Of a stretch of 48,347 bases of DNA, positions 37,740-48,347 are shown in pieces. The stretch is from Octopus bimaculoides. Its lineage: Eukaryota. The position numbers and the translations under genes were made by a program. The notes beneath the pieces were generated by a model, which was not told where the DNA came from, made no database searches, and was given only the letters and a program-made list of their open reading frames with translations. Each line of letters starts with the position of its first letter. Position 1 is the first letter of the stretch. The stretch covers positions 35,295,528 through 35,343,874 of the forward strand of contig NC_068991.1 in NCBI RefSeq assembly GCF_001194135.2. Direction: 5' to 3'.

Positions 37740-38330
37740 TAAAATATACCAGCATGGAGAAACACATAACAGCCTAGGTGACATAATTGACAATGGAGGT
37801 GATTGTTTCCAAAATGTAGTAGCCAGGGGAAGAATAAGTTGGAAAAAATCAGGAAGCTATTACCTCTGCTAGCAACAAAGGCCTTATCCTCAAGGCAGAT
37901 TGTATGATATTTGTTTTTCAGACGGCAGTAAAATATGGTAGCGACACTTAGGCTATGAATGCAGAGGACTTGCAAAGGCTGGCAAGAAATGAAACAAGCC
38001 TGCTCCTATGGATGTGTGCATGAATGCAATAGCACAAATGAACTAAGAAGAAACTGGTTAAAACCAGAGAGAAAACTGCACTTATATGAGCATGTGATTT
38101 GTATGGTGGATAATTGCTGCAACAGAAAGTTCCAAGCATTCCAAGTTAATGGAACAAGGAGACCAAGGAAGATGTGGTACAAACTGTTGAAAACTGACTT
38201 GTTGATACTGCATTTGATGGAGGAGATGACAAATGACCATGTTGAATGGTGATATACAAGTGCTGTAGAAGACCGGACCACTTGCAGCAAAACATGCATT
38301 GAAATGAGAGTGGCAATAGCCTAGCATCCA
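37740..38330 (+). mobile_element. Old RTE RT C-terminal fragment
   Basis: WKKIRKLLPLLATK, AEDLQRLARNE and RRPRKMWYKLLKTDL. Confidence 0.65.
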
Positions 38331-38337
38331 TGTGTTC

Positions 38338-39000
38338 GTTCTTTTATCTTTTACTTGTTTCAGTCATTAGACTGTGGCCATGCTGGAGCTCCAGCTTGAA
38401 GCATTTTTAGTTGAATGATTGACCCCAATACTTATTTTTTTCTTTTTTAAAGCCTGATACATATTCCATCATTCTCTTTTGCTGAACTGCTAAGTTAAAC
38501 AAACCAGCACCAGTTCTCAAGTGGTGATGGTGGGACAAATACAAACACAGACACACACACACACACACACACACATATGTATATGATTGGCTTCTTTCAC
38601 TTTCTGTCTACCAAATCCATATGTAGTCTTATCATTTTTTAACATCAACTTTTCCATGCTTGCATGGATCAGATGGAATATGTTGAGGTAGATTTTCTTC
38701 TGTGGCTGGATAACCTTCTTGTCACCAATCTTCACCTGTTTTAAACAAGGTAATAATTCATCCATGGCTGGACATGTTTTCATAGAAGATTAGAAATGGA
38801 GGACACCACTTGTATAATGATGATGTTCATTTACAACCATTATATGATGTCAAGGAGAGGACAGACACACACACACACACACACTTTGGGCTTCTTTCAG
38901 TTTCTATCTACTAAATCCACTCGACCAAAGTGTCACACAATGGGACTGGACTTGAAATCACATGGTTGGGAAGCAAACTTCTTAACCACACAGCCTTGCC
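38338..39000 (-). mobile_element. Cluster of fragmented SINE pieces and the 210-bp repeat
   Basis: cttgtttcagtcatt.gactgtggccatgctggagc (SINE tail half), cttctttca.tttct.tctac.aaatcca (head half, twice) and aagcaaacttcttaaccacacagcc. Confidence 0.6.
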
Positions 39001-39002
39001 TA

Positions 39003-39066
<64 letters not shown>

Positions 39067-39310
39067 GTTTAATGTCCGTTTTCCATGCTGGCATGGGTTG
39101 GACAGTTTGACTGAGGATTGGCGAGCCAGATGGCTGCTCCAATCTGATCTGGTAGAGTTTCTACAGCTGGATGCCCTTCCTAACGCCAACCACTCTAAGA
39201 GTATAGTGGGTGCTTTTACATGCCACCGGCACGAGGGCCAGTCAGGCGGTACTGGGGATGGCTACACTCAAATGGTGTTTTTTTATGTGCCACCTGCACA
39301 GGAGCCAACA
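39003..39310 (-). mobile_element. RTE 3' UTR copy with long (CAT)n tail
   Basis: About 21 CAT units followed by gtttaatgtccgttttccatgctggcatggg. Confidence 0.85.
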
Positions 39311-39315
39311 ATCTA

Positions 39316-39607
39316 GTCGTCTTCACTTCTTACAACTGTTTCAATTAATACTCAATAATTTAATTACAAATTTGTACATTAAATTTACATTTATGTGACA
39401 TGAGTATAATTTCATCAGAGAAAAAATGTTATAACTTCAGCAGTCTGCTGAAATGAATTGATAGGCCTGCATATAACATCCAAACGTACATCTTTTTTTT
39501 TTCTCTGATGAAATTATACTCATGTCACATAAATGTAAATTTAATGTACAAATTTGTAATTAAACTATTGAGTATTAATTGAAATGGCTATAAGAAGTGA
39601 AGATGAC
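39316..39607. repeat. Foldback element with ~115-bp near-perfect inverted arms (39316-39430 / 39487-39607)
   Basis: gtcgtcttcacttctt...ttaattacaaatttgtacattaaatttacatttatgtgacatgagtataatttcatcagagaaaa and its reverse complement. The spacer holds the palindrome TTCAGCAG-T-CTGCTGAA. Confidence 0.9.
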
Positions 39608-39792
39608 CAATTTGTTAATAATAAACAATTATTAACTTCCTTATCTCCATTTCCTTTTCTTCTTTTAAATGGATATAAACTATATACTTAATATATACCT
39701 ATTGTTTTAAGTGAATTTCATTCCCCAATGATACTAGGTAGTGAACCAGTATTTCCTTGGATGCAACCATCCCTTTACGAGGTTAACATATG

Positions 39793-40136
39793 GCACCTGT
39801 GCCCAGCGTCGCCTTCCTGGCACGTGTAAAGACATTTGAGCGAGATTGTTGCCAGTGCCGTTGGACTGGCTCTTGTGCAGGTGGCACATAAAATACACCA
39901 TTTTGAGCGTGGCTGTTGCCAGTACTGCCTGACTGGCCTTCATGCCGGTGGCACGTAAAAGCACCTACTACACTCTCAGAGTGGTTGGCGTTAAGAAGGG
40001 CATCCAGCTGTAGAAACTCTGCCAAATCAGACTGGAGCCTGGTGTTGCCATCCGGTTTCACCAGTCCTCAGTCAAATCGTCCAACCCATGCTAGCATGGA
40101 AAGCGGACGTTAAACGATGATGATGATGATGATGAT
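39793..40136 (+). mobile_element. RTE 3' UTR copy with (GAT)n tail
   Basis: Ends ccaacccatgctagcatggaaagcggacgttaaacgatgatgat. Confidence 0.85.
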
Positions 40137-40769
40137 TTGTATAATGCCAAACCTCACATCCCTGACCTGGTAACTTTATCTTCCTTTTGCTTACAAATGA
40201 CAAATGATACACTGGTGGGTATCTGCATTTAATCCCACCAACATCTCTGCCATTATCATTACCTCTCTGGTTCCCTCATCTTTCACTAGGCCAATGCATA
40301 AGAATCTTTCTGTGTCCAATACAGTTTAACTTCACTCTTTCTGTACTGCCAGCCATCACTCTCTCTCCTATGGGCTACTTGTATTGTTACCCATCACCTA
40401 CTCTCATCTTTGTTCACCTCTGATATTACCTTTCACTTCTTTCCAACAATAATTCCATCTTTTCTGTCATACTCTTACTTCTTTCACCTACCCATTTTTG
40501 GCCTTCTGTTATTGTTCTTTCCAAAATTCCTCTCCTCAATCACAATATCTAAGTGAAAATAATCATCTTAGATTACTGAGTACTCTCTACATTTGTAGTG
40601 TACAAGGCACCACCACTTCTGTATTGGTCCCACAGTGGAAAGCTATCACCACAGCTCACAACATATGCCAACATGGAAAGGCAAGTGGACAAAAATGATG
40701 ATGTATAAATGTCTGTTTTGTGTCTGTGTTTGTTTACATCTGTCAAACAAAACTACTGTTATTATTTGT

Positions 40770-41088
40770 GAGGTTGTAAAATGTGATCTTCTAATGTTGA
40801 GTCTCATGGAGCTGATGACAAGTGACCAAGACTTCTGGTGAATTGCTATTCTTGAGAAGACGTGTCAAGCTAAGTGAAATTGTGGTCATGGCCAGTACTG
40901 GTGACACATAAAAGGCACCTGTGCTGGTGACATGTAAAAGACACCCAGAGCACTCTGTGGAGTGGTTGGCATTAGAAAGGCATCCAGCTGTAGAAACCAA
41001 TCCAAAACCGACTGGAGCTTGGTGCAGCTCTCCAGTCAGACCATCTAATTCATACCTGCATGGAAGACAAACATTAAGTGATGATGAT
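40770..41088 (+). mobile_element. Degenerate RTE 3' end (RT terminus + shortened UTR)
   Basis: EVVKCDLLMLSLMELMTSDQDFW followed by gtggttggcattagaaaggcatccagctgtagaaac. Confidence 0.65.
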
Positions 41089-42479
41089 CTTGTAACTTAA
41101 TGTGTTTGACAAATCAATAAAGTAAGTAGCAAACTGATACAAGTACTGGGGCAATATGGTTGACTAAAATACTTTGACAGTGGTACTCCAAATTGGCCAC
41201 CGTCTAACCAGTAAAAGAAGAATTAAAGCATATCTCCAGGTCAGTATAATTATTTGTGAAACAAATCACTAAATCTCTTTATAATATTAGTGTTTTGTTT
41301 TAAGGACAAGACAATTGGAACAACCTTGGCATTTCACAGAGACTTAATGATAATCACTTGAATTAATAAGAAAATATGCTTTTGTTTTTAAATTTTATTT
41401 TATGAAATGCAAAATAAATCTTGCAAAAAAGAGTTTTGAAAAATTTAAAACAATGGAATTGCTTTTAAGTTCCGTAAGTGGCTCATAAAATATCAAGTCA
41501 GGTGTACTACTTTTTTGCCATTCACAGCCTTTCTTTTGTATCTTTATCCCTGTTGCTTGAGTCACTGAATGTGTATGGTAGGCTTTGTCACTGAGGTCAA
41601 TTTTATGAGTTACTGTGGATCAGTGCAGGGGCTAAGGTTAGTGATTACGTAGGCCTAGAAAACTGGTTCATAATGATGATACCTATGGCAATCTACTTGT
41701 AGTAAATCCACTTCAAGTGAGACTATTTTATGCTAGATTTGTCTCAGCATTTCCTTGATCACAATATGATTCATCTATTTTACCAACAATGGTCTGTAGC
41801 TTATAGTATAAATATTTCTTGCTGGATGTTTTCATAGTGGAACAACTGTATTTTAGCCTATACCCATGAAAATTAGGACAAGATTTGAATTTATAATTTT
41901 GGAACATAAAATTCTGAATGTTCACTAATTAATCACCATAGCACATACCTGCCAGGAGTTCATATCAGGAGTTGCTCTGTGTCCTTTATTTTTAGTGGTT
42001 TGCTTGACCTGAATATGAATAGCTATGAGTATACTTGCTATAAGCTATAACTGTTGAATCAATTAATAGGAAGGTAGAATATTGCATTATTGTATAGCTA
42101 ATGTGTTGGGATGTGTAAGAGGTGAGTATATACTTTTATCTTGAATTATTTGTGTTCAACCAAGCTTCATTATCATAATAAATGTGTTTGTTGCTGTTTT
42201 TTGTTCTTCTCACCATTCTACTGATCTCTGTTCTATTAAGCTACAAATAGTGAAATGGGATGACTTGATTATTTGATTGTTGACATAGATGATGTTTTAT
42301 CCCAATGTAATTTAAACAATGGGTGTGCTTCAGCATGGCTTTACTGAGCTAGTTAAAACAAACTAAAGACCACACACTTAACCTTTGATATTTGACATAT
42401 TGTCTCATTAAAAGCAATTTTTCTCCATTGTTATATGAAGTTCTTGCAATGTGCTGGAGCTTATCCCTGGCTTCAAGTT

Positions 42480-43110
42480 TGTATGTAGTTGAGAAACATC
42501 TTTATCTTGGATAAAATGCCATCCTATCACATATATTTTTCATAGCATGATTTATCTCAACAAAATACTCAAAGGTAAACAATATGTGATAGACTGAAAC
42601 AAAGGTAAACAATATGTGATAGAGTGAAACACACTTCTGCAGTTGCCTAGCTGTGGAAATCCTATCCATTTTCCTTCTTCCCTCTTGGAAGCTAGATTGA
42701 ATCTCAGGTAAAATTATTGGATAAATATCACCCATCATTACTCATTTATTATCATTTAACATTACTCTCTAGATGACTTTATCCACAGAATCTAACAGTG
42801 ATACCATGGAAATTGTCACATACATACTTAGACCCTTTGTTGTTGTGAATAAAAACCAATATATCATCAGTTCAATCCTGGAGAATCAGAGTTCCTTCCC
42901 AACAAGCAGTTATCATCCTATGTATTGTGGATGTCTCAGTGTTGTCTCTTGCATTCAAGAGTTCTGTGGATACTTCATCTAGGCCTGGGACCTTACTAGA
43001 GTTTAACTGACTTATTGCTAACTGAATCTCCCCATATTCAGATATGTTATCTATGTGCATCAGCATATCTCTTTGTAGCAATACATTATTTCCATGTTAA
43101 CCATAGAAGG
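42480..43110 (-). mobile_element. Degenerate LINE RT N-terminal fragment (RTE-like)
   Basis: EIQLAISQLNSSKVPGLDEVSTELL and ILPEIQSSFQEGRRKMDRISTARQLQKC. Includes a 2x30-bp tandem duplication at 42571-42630. Confidence 0.7.
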
Positions 43111-43179
43111 GTTGAGGAACATCTGAAAAGTGTTCTTTCCATTACTTTCTTTATGTCAGCTGAGTCTTTAAAAATCGCT

Positions 43180-44187
43180 TGTCTGGCAAGCCAAGTGAGA
43201 CCTAAATCTAAGGCCCAGCCAGTCCAATTATGCGTACCTTACTTCCTTCCTTCATTGGACTCTAAACTCCACTTGCGAAGACCTGTTGAGGCAAGTGAAA
43301 TCGAAATCGAGTTAAATTGGACACTAAACTCCACTTGCGAAGACCTGTTGAGGCAAGTGAAATCGAAATCGAGTGAAATTCGACGACTGGCACCCAGGCC
43401 AATGTTGTCTCCTTCATTGGACACGAAACTCAGCTTGCGAAGACTTATTGGGGCAAGCGAAATCGAAATCGTGATGACACTTGTGCCCAGCGTCACCTTT
43501 CTGGCACTNNNNNNNNNNNNNNNNNNNNNNNNNNNNNNNNNNNNNNNNNNNNNNNNNNNNNNNNNNNNNNNNNNNNNNNNNNNNNNNNNNNNNNNNNNNN
43601 NNNNNNNNNNNNNNNNNNNNNNNNNNNNNNNNNNNNNNNNNNNNNNNNNNNNNNNNNNNNNNNNNNNNNNNNNNNNNNNNNNNNNNNNNNNNNNNNNNNN
43701 NNNNNNNNNNNNNNNNNNNNNNNNNNNNNNNNNNNNNNNNNNNNNNNNNNNNNNNNNNNNNNNNNNNNNNNNNNNNNNNNNNNNNNNNNNNNNNNNNNNN
43801 NNNNNNNNNNNNNNNNNNNNNNNNNNNNNNNNNNNNNNNNNNNNNNNNNNNNNNNNNNNNNNNNNNNNNNNNNNNNNNNNNNNNNNNNNNNNNNNNNNNN
43901 NNNNNNNNNNNNNNNNNNNNNNNNNNNNNNNNNNNNNNNNNNATACACCATTTTGAGTGTGGCCATTACCAGTACCGCCTGACTAGCCTTCATGCCGGTG
44001 GCACGTAAAAGCACCCACTACACTCTCTGAGTGGTTGGCGTTAGGAAGGGCATCCAGCTGTAGAAACTCTGCCAAATCAGATTGGAGCCTGGTGTAGCCA
44101 TCTGGTTTCACCAGTCCTCAGTCAAATCATCCAACCCATGCTAGCATGGAAAGCGAACGTTAAACGATGATGATGATGATGATGATT
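43180..44187 (+). mobile_element. RTE LINE 3' UTR, near complete, spanning gap ~43509-43942
   Basis: Starts ggcaagccaagtgagac (RT stop region) with the same modules as 25063-25833 and a (GAT)n tail. Confidence 0.85.
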
Positions 44188-44504
44188 ACTGAAGATGAGT
44201 GAGGACCAAATACTTATCTATGGAGACCATTTAAAGCCTTGGAATCCTTTCTATTGAATGCATAATGAATGTCCAGTAAGATTTGTGACAACTATGTATT
44301 TTTGATTCTTGATACAATGTTACTTTCTGTGACTTATTGGAGCATTCTATGGACTATTCTTTGCATTGGAATCCAATAAAGTGTTGTAAAGTGATTGCTT
44401 TATCCTACAACTGATGGCAAATTTCATTGTTACTGTTGATGAACAGCCCAGTCAAAATGGTATTTTCTTCATCTCCTACTCTTGTATTTGCACACATTTA
44501 CAAA

Positions 44505-44870
44505 ATGACTTGAGGTGTTTCGTGTTGCAAGACAGTGTGTGAGAGAGAATCATGATGTCATAGGAGAGAAATGTGTCCGCATGGATGATGGTGCCCTTGC
44601 GTTTAATGACTCTGCAAAGAAACAGGCTTGGAGAAGCCATTATGAATGACTGCTAAATGTAGAGAATGAATGGGAGGAGGAGAGTCTGCCAAATGTTGAT
44701 GCAACTGAGGGACCAGCTATCCGAATCAACAGTACCCAGGTAGATAAATCTATTAAGGAAATGAAGATAGGGAAAGATCCTAGCCCATCAGGAGTCACTG
44801 CTGGGATGCTTAAAATATTGGGCGGTGTGGGTTTTGGTCTTGTCATCCGCATGGTAAATCAGGTAAATCC
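44505..44870 (+). mobile_element. RTE ORF middle fragment (linker into RT)
   Basis: KKQAWRSHYE*LLNVENEWEEESLPNVDATEGP...IKEMKIGKDPSPSGVTAGMLK. Confidence 0.75.
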
Positions 44871-46139
44871 ATGGTCATTATGAGACATGGATACCAAAGA
44901 AGATTATTTATGGAAATTTTTTTCTCTCAATACTATTACTATTTTTATAGTCATTAATAATAATATACTTATTTTTTAATTTTTATTTATTCATTAAATA
45001 CCTGGGCTTGATGACAGCTGAAGGATTTCATAAAGGGATCACTGATCAGAGCTTTCAATGAACTGTCTTTGGAGAACACTAGAAAATGATGATCTGCCTT
45101 GATCGCCATGGGGTGTGGAAAGTTTAAGATTTTGAACCCTTGCATCTGTTTCTATTTACTGTATTCAATGACAAAAAAGCTTAAACATTTAGATTTTCTA
45201 TGTTTTATCATAATTGAGCTCACCAGCATGCTATAATTTCTCCATTTAATTTATTGTTGCCATCAAGGCCTCACTTCTTTCCTCTAGCTCAAAATTGTAT
45301 CCCTGTGTTACCAAGGTTTGAACTCATCCCCCTGTGATATGTTAGTCTGTTACTTAATACCATAACAATTTTACAGCAATTGTGTGAGGACTGAGTTAAT
45401 ATACTGATAGCATTGTCTAATAACAATGAATGAGACAAGTGTCTCATTCCACCCACTAAATTTTTAGCCTGTGCAAAATAGTAGTTAAAACCAACTTTTC
45501 ATAGCTGAAAAATGTTTCATCTGTACAAAAGATCAAAGCTGTCTGGTTGACTGTCAGAGGTCATCTTCTGGCAAGAAGTGAGGTGAGTGAATCAGTTGCC
45601 AATGTGTTTATAGGTGAAAAGGGGTTACCTTAAAAAAGCATTCAGGTTGTGACCATCCTATCTTTTTCTCAGGTAGTATCATGTATTGAGGACTACATTA
45701 TCTTCTATGTTTTCTCCTTTTCAAGATGCACGGTGTAACTTGATGGCCAAATTTAGTTGCTATTTTTAGAGGCCAAACAATCACATAGAGAGAGGCACTC
45801 TCATTTAGCAAAGTGTTTTGAGATTATATGCTCTTAGCCTTCACCAATTGGTCACACAACTTGACCCAGTTTGCCCATTAACACCCCTACCTCTACATTC
45901 AGTAACAATGGAACAAGACAAACACATATATTATTTGCTAACTGCTGTTATAAAAGCCCACCCATTTATATATATATATATATATCGGATGTCTCCCATG
46001 AACACTTCTAAAGGCTTAATGCCATCCCCATCCCTACTTAGTGTTTATCTCCTATGTAAGGAAGTGATCATGTAGCGCATAAAAATGATGGTCTAGTGTA
46101 TGTTTATGAATTCTGCCAAATGCGAGCTTTCTTTTCAGG

Positions 46140-47390
46140 TACATGATGCTGCTGTCCCTCATCCTAGGGTCTCATGGGCCCACACCTCCCATACCCACAA
46201 GGTTGGCACACTGAATGGTAGGTATGGTGAGATTGTTGAATGGAGGCGTGTAGATTTGTGCTACATCCAAGAAGTAAGGTGGAGAGGAGGTTCTGCTAGG
46301 TCCCTCACAGGCAAAAGAACATAGGTTTAAGATTTTCTGGGCAGGGAACACTGACGTGGTGGTGGTGGTGGGGTGTGTGTGGATATACTTCTCGTGGAGA
46401 AATAGGTTGATAAGGTAATCGAGGTAGTCAGTCTGCAGTAGAATACTTAAGATTAGATTGGTGCTGCATCATGGGTTAGCAACCATTATCTCGGCCTATG
46501 CCTCTCAGCTGGGGCTACCTGATGGACAGAAAGACTGATTTTATGACACCCTCTTGCAGACTACCTCGTCGATGAATGATAGGGACCCTCTCTTTGTGAG
46601 TGGTGACTTCAATGGGCATGTTGGACAACATTCAGGGGGCTTCCATGGCATACATGGAGGCTACGGTTTTGGTTCCTGCAATGAGGAGGGAACCAGGCTG
46701 CTGGAGTTCTGCGATGCAAATGATCTTCTGGTTTGCAATACTAACTTCAGGAAACCTGCCAGTCACCTATTCACCTACCAATGTGGTAGACACAGGAGTC
46801 AAATTGACTACATCCTCAGCAGGAAATGGGAAAGATGGCTACTTATAAATGCCAAACCCTTCCCAGGTGAATAATGCACCCCACAACATAGATTAGTAGT
46901 TAGTGACTTCAGGATCAGGGCTAAATGGATGCCCAGAAGATGACCAGCATGGTGGAGAAAGGTCTGGAAGCTTAAGGATCCTGCGAATGGACAGAGATTT
47001 AGAGATGTATTACTCAAAGCTGTGGAAGACCACTGGAGGTTTCTACGGGACAACCTGTTGAGGGCTAGTGACCAGATCTGTGGGTAGTGCAAAGTCCCCT
47101 CTCGACCCAAGGTAACACGGTGGTGGAACAATGTAGTTGACAGGGCCATTGGGGAACAGAAACAGGCAATGGAAGGACTGGAAGAATGGTGGTAGCAGGG
47201 AATTGTATCAGACTGTCAGAAGGAAAGGTAGGAGACAGGTTTATTTAGCCAGAGGGGAAGCAGATAAGAAAATATTTGCCAATGTTCTGCGTCGTGAGGA
47301 CTAAAGACTTGAGGTGTTTTGTGTTGCAAGACAGTGCGTGAGAGAGAAATGTGACCGCATGGATGATGGTTCACTTGCATTAAACGAGGT
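46140..47390 (+). mobile_element. RTE LINE 5' portion: APE endonuclease + linker, 3'-truncated
   Basis: VDLCYIQEVRWRG, GDFNGHVG, GYGFG..NEEGTRLLEFC and SQIDYIL. Many stops and frameshifts. Confidence 0.88.
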
Positions 47391-48347
47391 TGCTATTCCT
47401 GTGAATTAATAAGCTGTATACTATATCAAACTGAGGCCACATCATCATCATCTTTAACATGTCTCACAGCTCAAACCTTATACTAAATATTTTATCCACT
47501 CATTTCTCTCCAGAATGGCAACCTCTACACGGAATCACTTTCTCATCAGATATTAATTTACAGAAGTTTAAAAAAGACATCATCTACATTCACATTAAGT
47601 TTGGGAAAGCCTGCAAATGTTCTCTGAACATTTTTTCTCTTGCTTGCACTATATAATAGTACTAACAAGAATTTCTAACAAAGGCACAAACAAGAAATTT
47701 TATAGGAGGACATAATTCGTCAACTATACTGACCCAGTACTTATCTAGTATTTTATTTCATTGCCCTCAGAAACATAGAAATGTGAAATAAAGTATATTG
47801 ACACTGCTAACCCTTTCATGACTTAATTTCTGATAGGTAAACTGTTTCAATAGATCTTTAATGCCACTTTAGCATATAGTATACATGGCCATTTACACTT
47901 TAGCATGCTATCTAATGCTAATTCTAAACCATGGCTCTAACCCTAACATAACCCATAATGAGGCATGCACACAATGTAAACGAAAGGAAAAACAAAACAA
48001 ATGGATAAAGATTAAATCAATTTTAATGCAGGATATTACACTTTGGAAAGCAAGGTTGAAATTATATAACAATCGTGTAGGTGTGCAACAAATTTTAAAG
48101 CAGGATACATTGAAAGATACAAGCAGGGATTAAATCAATTGTAATGCAGGATATTACACTTTGAAAAGCACAGTAATATTCATTCCATGGGAGTATACAT
48201 AGAGTTCAGGCAGAGGTCAAAATTATATAAATACAAACATAGATATGCGTGTGTGTGTGTACAGCAATGGATTTGAGGGTTTCGTTTATTTAGGAGTTGA
48301 TTTCTTAATTTCATCAGTATACAAATACTATAATGGTGATATTTTAA

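Noticed and set aside
38796-39316. Poly-His, poly-Ser and poly-Asp ORFs
   Set aside because: They come from the (CAT)n tail of an RTE UTR copy.
41728-41925. 65-aa minus-strand ORF as an exon
   Set aside because: No recognisable homology and no consistent donor in frame.
46554-46874. Host gene of the 'craniofacial development protein 2-like' type
   Set aside because: It is the APE endonuclease of an RTE LINE with flanking stops and frameshifts and no splice structure.

Overview
This is AT-rich, microsatellite-dense animal genomic DNA with seven N-gaps. The repeat families look like those of Octopus (my recognition, not a database result). One host gene is supported: a glutaminyl-peptide cyclotransferase (QPCT-like, M28 fold) on the + strand. 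Five exons (6882-7151, 11728-11880, 21791-21893, 23422-23553, 33280-33464) join in frame to 280 codons plus stop and retain the Zn-binding and catalytic motifs. The 5' exons are not visible, and one intron needs a GC donor. Nearly everything else is decayed transposable elements: three Ty3/Gypsy elements, RTE-type LINE pieces with many 5'-truncated copies of their 3' UTR, tRNA-derived SINEs, three Penelope-like fragments, Tigger/pogo, MULE, Helitron remnants and several MITEs or foldbacks, often nested. The most unusual item is a full-length, terminator-less 5S rRNA copy directly upstream of a SINE head, with the whole block flanked by CATATA repeats. Other notable items are the GC-AG intron, a 1.1-kb nested inverted-repeat block and a degenerate hammerhead-like motif. 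I found no convincing new multi-gene system. Repeat boundaries were read by eye and are approximate unless a TSD or TIR is quoted.
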